Shown here one piece after another: positions 1 through 8,104 of a stretch of DNA of 64,000 nucleotides (position 1 is the first letter of the stretch; every line of letters begins with the position of its first letter). Source of the DNA: Planctomycetota bacterium (GTDB taxonomy: Bacteria > Planctomycetota > Planctomycetia > Pirellulales > Pirellulaceae); assembly GCA_037144155.1 (NCBI GenBank), contig JBAWXH010000008.1, forward strand, positions 28,261 through 92,260, read 5' to 3'. A program made the position numbers and the translations under genes. The notes below the pieces were generated by a model, which was not told the origin of the DNA, searched no databases, and saw only the letters and a list, made by a program, of their open reading frames with translations.

Positions 1-1429
1 ATAGCGATTCCGACTGAAGAGAAACATAAAGAGCGAGAGGGAAGCACCATGCAAACGCGTTGCGAAGGACTTCGCGAGGTACCAATTGCTCTCGTCGCGG
101 AGCCAAGCCATGCTCTTCGACAATGCGCAATTGAAATAAGTACCGCCCAACCGATGACCATCCTCGATAAATCAACAGCAGGTAAATAGCAGGGACGATC
201 AGCGAAGCAAATGCGATGATCGGAACCAACCATTGCAGGTTGCCATTCTTCGTAGTACCCGCCCCCGACAGCGTAAAGATGGCGACGGCAAAGGGGGCGA
301 TGGCCAGCAGCAAAACCAGTTGGTCGGCGACATACGCCATCGCGCGCGGTGCATAACCGGCTGGGGTCGTGCTGACAGGAGCGATTGACTTCAGTTCCTT
401 CAGTAACTCATCGTAGTCTCCAAAACGAGCATCCGGAGTCTTGGCCAACAACCGTTCAATGAGGGTCTTGAACTCTCGCGGGACATTGGAAGGCCATGGG
501 TTTGGAAAGTCGATCTCCGCATGCAAGTGGGTACTGACTCGCTCGCGAATGGTATTTCCAACCAACTCAAACGGGGTCCGTCCAAATACGAGTTCAAAAA
601 GCGTTACCCCCAATGCGTACATGTCCGATTGGATACTAAATCCATCACCGGAGATCAATTCCGGAGCAACGTACGAAGGGGTTCCAGCAATCGGGCCGTC
701 TGTTTCGTGATCGGAACGATTCCTCGAGAGTCCGAAGTCGGATAGTTTGATGCGACCATCACCAGCCATAATTAAGTTGGCAGGTTTGATGTCGGCATGC
801 ACGATGTCAAACAGCGCTGCATGTTTGAGAGCGGATGCGACCTGAATACCGTAGCGAATCGCCTCTTCGTACGGAATCGATCCGTCGTTTCGAAGCCGTT
901 CGGAGAGGGTTGGGCCAGGAAGTAGTTCCATGGCGAGAAAAGGTTCTTCTTCCTGACGACCCACGTAGTAAATCGTCACGACATTGGGATGATTGAGGCG
1001 ACCTTGAGCGACCGCTTCACGCAGCATTGCTTTCAGTCGCGAGTCGCCGCACAGATTGCGGTTCTGTATGACCTTGACCGCGACATAGCGCTGCAGGGAC
1101 ATGTCGAGCGCACGATAGACCGCTCCCATCCCTCCGCCACCCAGCCGACGTTCCAAACGGAAGTGACCAAACACCTTGTCGGATAGTCCATCATCGGGCT
1201 CCAAATCGATGTGATGGATGCGACTCGCGTCTTTGATATCCGAAATGCTGACCGTTGCGTTGATGGCATTTTGGATGGCTTCCCCCGAAATGCGACGTTG
1301 GCACGACGGACATTGGCCTCCCAATTGGAAATCGATCGGAAACTGGTAGCCACACACACAATGGTAGATGTGCCCCGGCTTTCGGGGGTCAATGAGCTCG
1401 GATTCCAAGGCTTGTGGACTGGTCTGCAT
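1..1429 (-). CDS. Ser/Thr protein kinase with N-terminal Cys-pair (zinc-ribbon-like) segment and C-terminal RDD-like membrane domain; runs off the left edge
   Basis: Not in the ORF track; translated by hand from ATG at 1429. Reads MQTSPQ..HCVCG..CPSC..FGHFRLERRLGGGGMGAVYRA..VAVKVI..LNHPNVVTIY..IVHADIKPANL..IKLSDFGLSR, then hydrophobic RAMAYVADQ..GRYLFQLRIV (RDD-like). The middle section was only spot-checked for stops. Confidence 0.9.
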   Translation of the reverse strand, partial: MQTSPQALESELIDPRKPGHIYHCVCGYQFPIDFQLGGQCPSCQRRISGEAIQNAINATVSISDIKDASRIHHIDLEPDDGLSDKVFGHFRLERRLGGGGMGAVYRALDMSLQRYVAVKVIQNRNLCGDSRLKAMLREAVAQGRLNHPNVVTIYYVGRQEEEPFLAMELLPGPTLSERLRNDGSIPYEEAIRYGIQVASALKHAALFDIVHADIKPANLIMAGDGRIKLSDFGLSRNRSDHETDGPIAGTPSYVAPELISGDGFSIQSDMYALGVTLFELVFGRTPFELVGNTIRERVSTHLHAEIDFPNPWPSNVPREFKTLIERLLAKTPDARFGDYDELLKELKSIAPVSTTPAGYAPRAMAYVADQLVLLLAIAPFAVAIFTLSGAGTTKNGNLQWLVPIIAFASLIVPAIYLLLIYRGWSSVGRYLFQLRIVEEHGLAPRREQLVPREVLRNAFAWCFPLALYVSLQSESL

Positions 1430-1563
1430 ACGCCAAATTGTACACACTGAAGGCTGGGATCGAAGGCGGTCTTCATTCAATCTGCACACGTGTCTTGGTA
1501 GTGAACACCCACTTCTCGATCGCAAGTCCTTTTTAGCGACCTGAAAGAAAGCGAACCCACGGA

Positions 1564-2664
1564 ATGGAATGGCCGGAATTGCCAGCGGATCATCCGACTC
1601 CTAGCTTGATTGTCGACGCATCTCGCGTGCGTCGCAATCTCGATCGAATGCAAGCATATTGCCATGCGCACGGATTGCGTCTGCGTCCCCACACCAAAAC
1701 GCACAAATCGCAAAGCATGGCACGATTGCAACTCGATGCAGGGGCGATCGGGCTGACCGTTGCAAAGGTGGGTGAAGCGGAATGCATGAGCCAAGTTTGC
1801 TCCGATATCTTCATCGCCTATCCAACCGTTGGCGGGGCCCGACTAGAACGGTTGGGCGAGCTGGCACGCAGCCAACGAATCACGGTTGGGGTCGATTCCT
1901 TGGTCGCTGCCGAAGGAGTACGCCATGCCGCCCGACGGTTCGCGACGAGAATCGGCATTTTGGTCGACTTGGATGTCGGATTCCATCGAACAGGAATTTC
2001 CGATCCGAACGAGGCAATTCGCCTGTGCGAATGGATCGCACAACAAAAGGATCTCTATCTCGCGGGAGTGATGTGCTTCCCCGGACACATTCTCCCCACC
2101 GCAAACGAAGAAATTTGGCAGGCTTACCAAACGAGTGTTCATGACGTTCTGGATGGATTGCATAAGCGCAGTATCGAAGCCCCCACGATTTCTGGAGGTT
2201 CGACCCCCACGGCGATGCAATCCCACCGCAATTCGCTGCTGAACGAAATTCGTCCCGGTACCTACATCTACAACGATTGGAACGAAGTTCGTTTAGGGGT
2301 TGCGACTCTCGATGATTGCGCGGCCCGAGTATTGGCGACCATCGTGAGTACCCCCTCCCGAAATCGTTTTGTAGTCGACGCAGGTAGCAAGACCCTTTCG
2401 AGCGATCGGAATGCGGCCGAACCCGATTCAGGATTCGGCCATGTCGTAGAATATCCCGAGGCAAAGATAATCCGACTCAGTGAGGAACATGGTGAAGTCG
2501 TTTTGCCTGAATCTTATGTCGGTCGACCACCAACAGTCGGGCAAACGGTATGGATTATCCCCAACCACATTTGCGTATGCGTCAATTTGCAGAATGCGTT
2601 TTATCTCGTCGACGGGGGGAATGCGATCGAATTGAATGTGGATGCAAGGGGACTCTTGGTTTAA
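1564..2664 (+). CDS. Fold-type III PLP enzyme, D-threonine aldolase / D-serine dehydratase-like (alanine racemase N-domain)
   Basis: LRPHTKTHK PLP-lysine motif, EIRPGTYIYND, SEEHG, and IPNHICVCVN metal-binding His/Cys. Confidence 0.85.
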   Translation: MEWPELPADHPTPSLIVDASRVRRNLDRMQAYCHAHGLRLRPHTKTHKSQSMARLQLDAGAIGLTVAKVGEAECMSQVCSDIFIAYPTVGGARLERLGELARSQRITVGVDSLVAAEGVRHAARRFATRIGILVDLDVGFHRTGISDPNEAIRLCEWIAQQKDLYLAGVMCFPGHILPTANEEIWQAYQTSVHDVLDGLHKRSIEAPTISGGSTPTAMQSHRNSLLNEIRPGTYIYNDWNEVRLGVATLDDCAARVLATIVSTPSRNRFVVDAGSKTLSSDRNAAEPDSGFGHVVEYPEAKIIRLSEEHGEVVLPESYVGRPPTVGQTVWIIPNHICVCVNLQNAFYLVDGGNAIELNVDARGLLV

Positions 2665-2917
2665 ACACGGTTGGGCGAGAGACCCAGACAGACGAACGTG
2701 CGATCCATTTTGTTTGTCCGGTTAAGAGGAACTTCACGGAGGACTTCCTTCGAATCTGCAGATTGGCAGAATCCTCGGAAAAGGCAGGATTGCTCGATCA
2801 AAGTTGACAATAGATTCGCATTCTTGATCTCATCCGGCACGGCTATTTGTTGACGATTTCGCTCAGCTCGGTTTGAATGATGCTGTCCAACACCCCGAAG
2901 AATGGAAGCCTACACCT

Positions 2918-4366
2918 ATGAAAATCGAATCTTTTACCTCGGATTGGATCCGAACCCCTTGCGATGCAATGATCGTTGCTATCGACGACGATTGGAATTC
3001 ACAGCAGGAGGTCGCTCAACTCTCCGATGCGACGGACGGATGGTTCCAGCGGATCTTGGAACAAGGGGACGTATCGACCAAACCGAACAAAGTGACGATC
3101 TTGCTCGGACCACCTCAGGTGGCCAGTCCCTTGATCGCAGTCGTTGGAACCGGTTCACGTTCCAATGCGAGCGGCAACACGCTCTATCGAGCCGCAGGTG
3201 CCGCCATGAAGGCAGTCATGACGAAACCCCGAGGGACCGTGCGCATCGCTGGGATGGGCATGTCCCCGCGTGAAGTGCGAGCGGCCATTGCAGGTGCCAT
3301 GGTAGGTTGCAAAGGACAAGATCTTTTCCGAGCAGAAAAAGGTTTGCATGAACCCGAAGTCCTTCAATGGGTTGGAATCAACGAACACGAATTGGAATCC
3401 GGAAAGATCATCGGCGATTCGGTCAACTTGACCCGTCGATTGGTCAATCTTCCGCCTAACTACCTCTATCCCGAATCGTTTTCCGAGGAAGTATCTACCG
3501 TCGCCGGTTCGTCCGGACTATCGATTGAGATTTGGGACAAAGGTCGCTTGGAACGGGAACGGTGCGGTGCCCTTCTCGGGGTTGCCCGTGGATCGGTTCG
3601 CGAACCTCGCCTAGTGATTCTTCGGTACGCAGGAAACGGGTCGGATGAAGCACCGTTGGCGCTCGTCGGCAAGGGAGTCACTTTCGACAGCGGCGGCTAT
3701 TCGATCAAGCCAACCGATGGAATGCTAACAATGAAATGCGACATGGCCGGTGCCGCCACCGTCTTGGGCATATTGAACGCTGCGGCGCGATTGAAAGTAA
3801 AACGCCCTCTCATCGGTATCTTGGGACTCGTTGAAAATTTGATTTCAGGTGATGCATTCAAGCTGGGGGATGTACTGACCGCTCGCAGTGGCAAGACGAT
3901 TGAAATCCACAACACCGATGCGGAGGGTCGCTTGGTCCTGGCGGATTGCCTCAACGTCGCGCTCGATTATCAACCCTCGCATATCGTCGATTTCGCGACA
4001 CTCACAGGTGCTTGTGTGATTGCATTGGGTAATGACGTCGCAGGACTGATGTCGAATCATCAGGATCTCCAATCGGAAATCCAATCCATTTCCGAAGCAT
4101 GCGGAGAATACACATGGCCCTTGCCTATGTACCCATTTTTCTCAGAATTGATCACGGGCAAAGTCGCCGATATCAAAAACGTGGGAGAAGGCCGATGGGG
4201 AGGAGCCATCACTGCCGCCAAATTTCTGGAAGAGTTCGTGGCAGGAAAGCCTTGGGCCCATTTGGATATCGCTGGCCCCGCTTTTTATGACAGTTCCAAG
4301 CCTTGGTGCGATGCAGGAGGAACGGGATTTCTCGTGCGGTCGTTTTCTGAATGGCTGCTTGCATGA
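2918..4366 (+). CDS. pepA: Leucyl aminopeptidase (M17)
   Basis: VGKGVTFDSGG, MKCDMAGAA, NTDAEGRL, ATLTGA, WAHLDIAG motifs. Start taken at ATG 2918 (ORF track starts 2873). Confidence 0.95.
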   Translation: MKIESFTSDWIRTPCDAMIVAIDDDWNSQQEVAQLSDATDGWFQRILEQGDVSTKPNKVTILLGPPQVASPLIAVVGTGSRSNASGNTLYRAAGAAMKAVMTKPRGTVRIAGMGMSPREVRAAIAGAMVGCKGQDLFRAEKGLHEPEVLQWVGINEHELESGKIIGDSVNLTRRLVNLPPNYLYPESFSEEVSTVAGSSGLSIEIWDKGRLERERCGALLGVARGSVREPRLVILRYAGNGSDEAPLALVGKGVTFDSGGYSIKPTDGMLTMKCDMAGAATVLGILNAAARLKVKRPLIGILGLVENLISGDAFKLGDVLTARSGKTIEIHNTDAEGRLVLADCLNVALDYQPSHIVDFATLTGACVIALGNDVAGLMSNHQDLQSEIQSISEACGEYTWPLPMYPFFSELITGKVADIKNVGEGRWGGAITAAKFLEEFVAGKPWAHLDIAGPAFYDSSKPWCDAGGTGFLVRSFSEWLLA

Positions 4367-5103
4367 CTCCTCCTTTAGACGAAGACCAAGATCTCGAAAG
4401 TGCGGACGACATCCGTCGGCAGTACCACGAACTTGCAGAACTGGCAGGATCACTCGCTCACGAGATCAAGAATCCACTCTCCGTGATTCACATGAACACC
4501 GACCTCCTCTGTGAAGAGATGGAGGAAAGCCAATGGCCGGGGAAACGCCGCGCGATTGCGAAAGTGGACATGATCCGGCAGCAATGCCACCGCATGGAAA
4601 ACTTGCTTCGCGATTTTCTGCGGTTTGCCAAGATGCAAGATATGGAGATGACCGTCGGGTCGCTCAATGACCAAATCGCTGTCGTTTTGAATTTATATCA
4701 AACGCAAGCGGACAAAAACAACATTCGGCTTCAACGCTTCCTGGATCCCAATCTCCCCAACATTCGGCTCAACAGCGGAGCGCTACAGGCCGCACTTATC
4801 AACTTGGTCAAGAACGCCATCGAAGCCATGCCCGATGGAGGAGAGCTTTTTGTTCATTCCTACATCACGCCTCAAGGAGTCGCGATGGATATGATCGATA
4901 CAGGCTGCGGCATGGACGAAACCACTGCGATGCGGATGTTCGAACCTTTCTATTCCACCAAACCAGAAGGTTCGGGTTTAGGCCTCCCCACCACGCGGAA
5001 AATCATCGAAGCCCACGGCGGCCGAATTAGCGTTCAAAGCGAAGTGGGCCGAGGAACCAAATTCGTGATCGAGTTCCCGACGCCGATTCGATTGGCCACG
5101 TAA
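4363..5103 (+). CDS. Cytoplasmic histidine kinase (HisKA + HATPase) with no sensor domain
   Basis: LAHEIKNPL H-box, NLVKNAIEAM N-box, DTGCGM, GSGLGL. ATGA overlap with the pepA stop. Confidence 0.9.
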   Translation: MTPPLDEDQDLESADDIRRQYHELAELAGSLAHEIKNPLSVIHMNTDLLCEEMEESQWPGKRRAIAKVDMIRQQCHRMENLLRDFLRFAKMQDMEMTVGSLNDQIAVVLNLYQTQADKNNIRLQRFLDPNLPNIRLNSGALQAALINLVKNAIEAMPDGGELFVHSYITPQGVAMDMIDTGCGMDETTAMRMFEPFYSTKPEGSGLGLPTTRKIIEAHGGRISVQSEVGRGTKFVIEFPTPIRLAT

Positions 5104-5144
5104 ATCCAATCTCGATCAAACAATCGGCACAATGCGAGTTCTGT

Positions 5145-5166
5145 TGAGCCTGAGGCGCTAGCCGAT
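5145..5166 (-). repeat. REP-like unit (family A, TCGGCTAGCGCCTCAGGCTCA)
   Basis: tgagcctgaggcgctagccga is the exact reverse complement of the units at 35772 and 45498. Confidence 0.85.
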
Positions 5167-5246
5167 CGCATTTCGTCATGCGAGTATTGTCTCAAAACAC
5201 CTGTTGGAAGTGGCCTTTTCGCACCCTACCGTTTGATCCCTAGACT

Positions 5247-6053
5247 TTGCAATTCAATAAAGCATCAGGAGAAACAGCTTTGGAAACCGTACAGCCTGAA
5301 GAGAATAGGGTCGAACCAAATTCCTCCATCACTCCAAAAAAACGAATGGTAATACCCCAGTTGTTCTGGATCTTCATCGCTTTCCTCGGAACGTACCTGG
5401 CCGTTGCATACGGATTGGTCCCGTTCTTGTGGAGCCTGTATGACCATCGTCATCCTGCCATAACCAAGTCTCCCACATTGACCGTGACCTCGGATGGACA
5501 TCCGGGAGACCCGATCAATTTGGCGCTCATTGGAAGCGAAGCAGACTTGAAACACGCCATGAAAGCAGCCGGATGGTTTAAAGCCGATCCCCTCAGTATC
5601 AAAGACGATCTCATGATTGCCGAAGGGACAATACTCAAGCGCCCTTATGACACAGCCCCGGTGAGCGATCTGTTTTTGTACGGTCGCAAAGAGGATCTCG
5701 CATTCGAACAACCCGTCGGCAACGATCCACGCAAGCGGCATCACGTGCGGTTTTGGAAGTCGGAACAGTTGGATGCCAATGGACAACCGGCATGGATGGG
5801 TTCTGGGACCTTTGATGAACGTGTGGGACTCAGCTACACCACCGGACAAATCACCCACCACGTCGATGCAGATATCGATCGAGAGCGAGACCATATCATC
5901 GATACCCTCCAAGCATCCGGTGGGCTTGTCGATCAAACGCCCATCGATAACTTTCAACCGAAGCACGAAGGCCACAACGGTGGGGGCGATCGCTGGATCA
6001 CCGATGGTCGGCTGATATCAGGTACTCTCAAGAAAGAAGAACCAGCCCAGTAG
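5247..6053 (+). CDS. LssY C-terminal domain protein
   Basis: One N-terminal TM segment; GDPINLALIG, GRKEDLAFEQ, RHHVRFW, THHVDADIDRERD, TDG motifs typical of LssY_C. Start uncertain. Confidence 0.8.
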   Translation: MQFNKASGETALETVQPEENRVEPNSSITPKKRMVIPQLFWIFIAFLGTYLAVAYGLVPFLWSLYDHRHPAITKSPTLTVTSDGHPGDPINLALIGSEADLKHAMKAAGWFKADPLSIKDDLMIAEGTILKRPYDTAPVSDLFLYGRKEDLAFEQPVGNDPRKRHHVRFWKSEQLDANGQPAWMGSGTFDERVGLSYTTGQITHHVDADIDRERDHIIDTLQASGGLVDQTPIDNFQPKHEGHNGGGDRWITDGRLISGTLKKEEPAQ

Positions 6054-6126
6054 AACGGCGGGCACTGTGCCGATCGATCGGGCCTCTTCAAAGAATGGGA
6101 TAAATCTGTGTATGTCGGCTAGCGCC

Positions 6127-6303
6127 TTTTGAAGTTGCGCCATTTGAGCCTGGCGAAGCCCCAATCCATGCTTTCCCGAGCTTTTTCGTACTCGTACTCA
6201 GCGTTAGCGGTACTCGTACTCGATGGGGGATCGTCGAGTACGAGTACCATTTCATTGAGTACGAGTACGAGTACGAGAGAGCTCAAACAGCGCAACTTCA
6301 AAA
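6127..6303. mobile_element. MITE-like element, copy 1 (177 bp, 14-bp perfect TIR, GAGTAC hairpin core)
   Basis: TTTTGAAGTTGCGC (6127-6140) and GCGCAACTTCAAAA (6290-6303), flanked by direct repeat CTAGCGCC (6119-6126, 6304-6311). Homologous to 17804-17980 and 63564-63747. Confidence 0.7.
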
Positions 6304-6337
6304 CTAGCGCCTCAGGCTCAAGAAGAACAGGTTCGAG

Positions 6338-6492
6338 GTCTACTTTGCGGCTTGGCAAAAGCAGTTACACGTTATGCCGGTCCCAAGGGCAATCTGCAAT
6401 TTCCATGGAATGAGCCGATGCCACTCGATTTGATAGAACGAATCGGGAAACTACAAATGCAACAAGACAACAACAAATCCGCCGCGAAATGA
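6338..6492 (+). pseudogene. 3' remnant of a DUF1801/YdhG-like gene with an internal frameshifting deletion
   Basis: VYFAAWQK (from 6338) joins out of frame to KAVTRYAGPKGNLQFPWNEPMPLDLIERIGKLQMQQDNNKSAAK* (6358-6492). No 5' half or start codon. Confidence 0.65.
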
Positions 6493-6721
6493 AAGTAATC
6501 ACCTCGCGTCCGCCGAATATTGATCCACACCGTTCACGCGGAGCGGTTAATGGCTCCGCCTTCAATCACATCACGCTCTTTATACGTCATTCGTTCACTG
6601 AAAACGTTGGTGATATGCAAACGTTGATTGCCAGACACTGTTTTCACGGGTACCGTACAGTATCGCTCAAATCAACAGTGTCGCTCAAATCGAACACCTG
6701 CCCTGACTCTCATTAAAGGCT

Positions 6722-8092
6722 GTGGAGATCTCTATGCCTATTCAGGTTGGCTTCCAACATTTGCGGTTCGTATCGATCATGTTCATCGGCATTGCGACGA
6801 ACGCTAAGCCATTATGTGCTCAAGAGGCATGGCCTCAGTTCCGTGGACCGGGGGCGCTTGGCGTCGCATCCAGTAACAACATCCCGGACCATTGGACCGC
6901 CACCGAAAATGTGGCTTGGAAAACAGATATCCCAGGCCGCGGATGGTCCTCCCCCATCGTTACTGGTAATCGCATCTTCCTAACTACCGTCGTCAATTTG
7001 GGAGAAAGCGAGGATCCAAAGAAAGGGCTCTACTTTGGTGGCGAACGGCTCAAACCGCCAGCTTCCACTCACCAATGGAAGGTCCTTTGCTTGGATTTGG
7101 ATTCGGGAAGCATTCGATGGGAACGGATGGTTCACGAGGGAACTCCCGAAACATCGATCCATATTAAGAACAGCTTTGCATCGGAGACTCCCGTCACCGA
7201 TGGAGAACGCATCTATTGCTGCTTTGGCAATCAAGGCATTTTTTGTTTTGACTTAGAGGGCCAGCCGCAATGGGATTACCCGCTGGCTCCTCATCCGACG
7301 CGATTGGGCTGGGGTCCTGCTGCCTCACCCACCCTGCATGACGGTCGGTTGTACTACTGCTATGACAATGAGAAGGAGTCGTTTTTGATCTGTCTCGATG
7401 CCGCCACCGGGAAGCAGTTGTGGCAAGTCCCTCGTGAGGAAAAGAGCAATTGGTCGACCCCTTGCATCTGGAAGAATCAGCAACGGGTCGAACTGGTGAC
7501 GGCGGCTACTGGCAAGGTCGTCTCGTACGATCTCGACGGCAAGATGTTATGGTCCCTGGCAGGTATGTCCAGCATCACGATCGCAACTCCCTACGTCGTC
7601 AACGACTTGCTCTATGTCAGCTCAGGCTATGTGATGGATTCAGCTCGTCCCATCTATGCCATCAAGCCTGGGGCATCGGGGGATATCACCCTCCCCAAGG
7701 AACAGTTGGAATCGGAGTTTGTTGCTTGGTGTCAACCAAAAGCAGCCCCCTACAACCCGACCACACTGGTCTACGATGGTCGATTGTATTCCTTATACGA
7801 TCGAGGGATTTTCGCGTGTTACGACGCACTGACCGGAAAAGAACAGTACAGCGGCAAACGGATTCCTAATGGTCGAGCGTTTACGTCTTCGCCGTGGGCG
7901 ATGAATGGAAAGATCTTTTGCCTCAACGAGGATGGTGTGACGTTTGTATTTCTTTCGGGTGATCAATTCGAATTGTTGCATACCAATCCGCTGGCCGAGG
8001 ATGACATGGGGATGGCCACGCCGGCGATTGTTGGGGATCGGTTGCTGATCCGGACCGCGGCACGCATGTACTGCATCCAGTCGAAACCATGA
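6722..8092 (+). CDS. PQQ-binding-like beta-propeller protein (BamB-like, planctomycete expanded family), secreted
   Basis: Signal peptide, WPQFRGP, GRGWSSP, repeated xSP/W blades, ATPAI..LLIRT C-terminus. Confidence 0.85.
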   Translation: MEISMPIQVGFQHLRFVSIMFIGIATNAKPLCAQEAWPQFRGPGALGVASSNNIPDHWTATENVAWKTDIPGRGWSSPIVTGNRIFLTTVVNLGESEDPKKGLYFGGERLKPPASTHQWKVLCLDLDSGSIRWERMVHEGTPETSIHIKNSFASETPVTDGERIYCCFGNQGIFCFDLEGQPQWDYPLAPHPTRLGWGPAASPTLHDGRLYYCYDNEKESFLICLDAATGKQLWQVPREEKSNWSTPCIWKNQQRVELVTAATGKVVSYDLDGKMLWSLAGMSSITIATPYVVNDLLYVSSGYVMDSARPIYAIKPGASGDITLPKEQLESEFVAWCQPKAAPYNPTTLVYDGRLYSLYDRGIFACYDALTGKEQYSGKRIPNGRAFTSSPWAMNGKIFCLNEDGVTFVFLSGDQFELLHTNPLAEDDMGMATPAIVGDRLLIRTAARMYCIQSKP

Positions 8093-8104
8093 TACGGCGG
8101 TCTG

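Noticed and set aside
2804-2832. TTGACA upstream of pepA as a sigma70 promoter
   Set aside because: No acceptable -10 at 16-18 bp spacing
6180-6280. GAGTAC arrays as a possible CRISPR
   Set aside because: Units are 6-bp tandem and inverted, with no unique spacers and no cas genes
6119-6413. ORFs rich in SYSYS/EYEYE/STSTS/VLVLV (also near 17684-18048 and 45162-45485)
   Set aside because: They are translations of the GAGTAC hexamer repeats in different frames, with no RBS or domain signal
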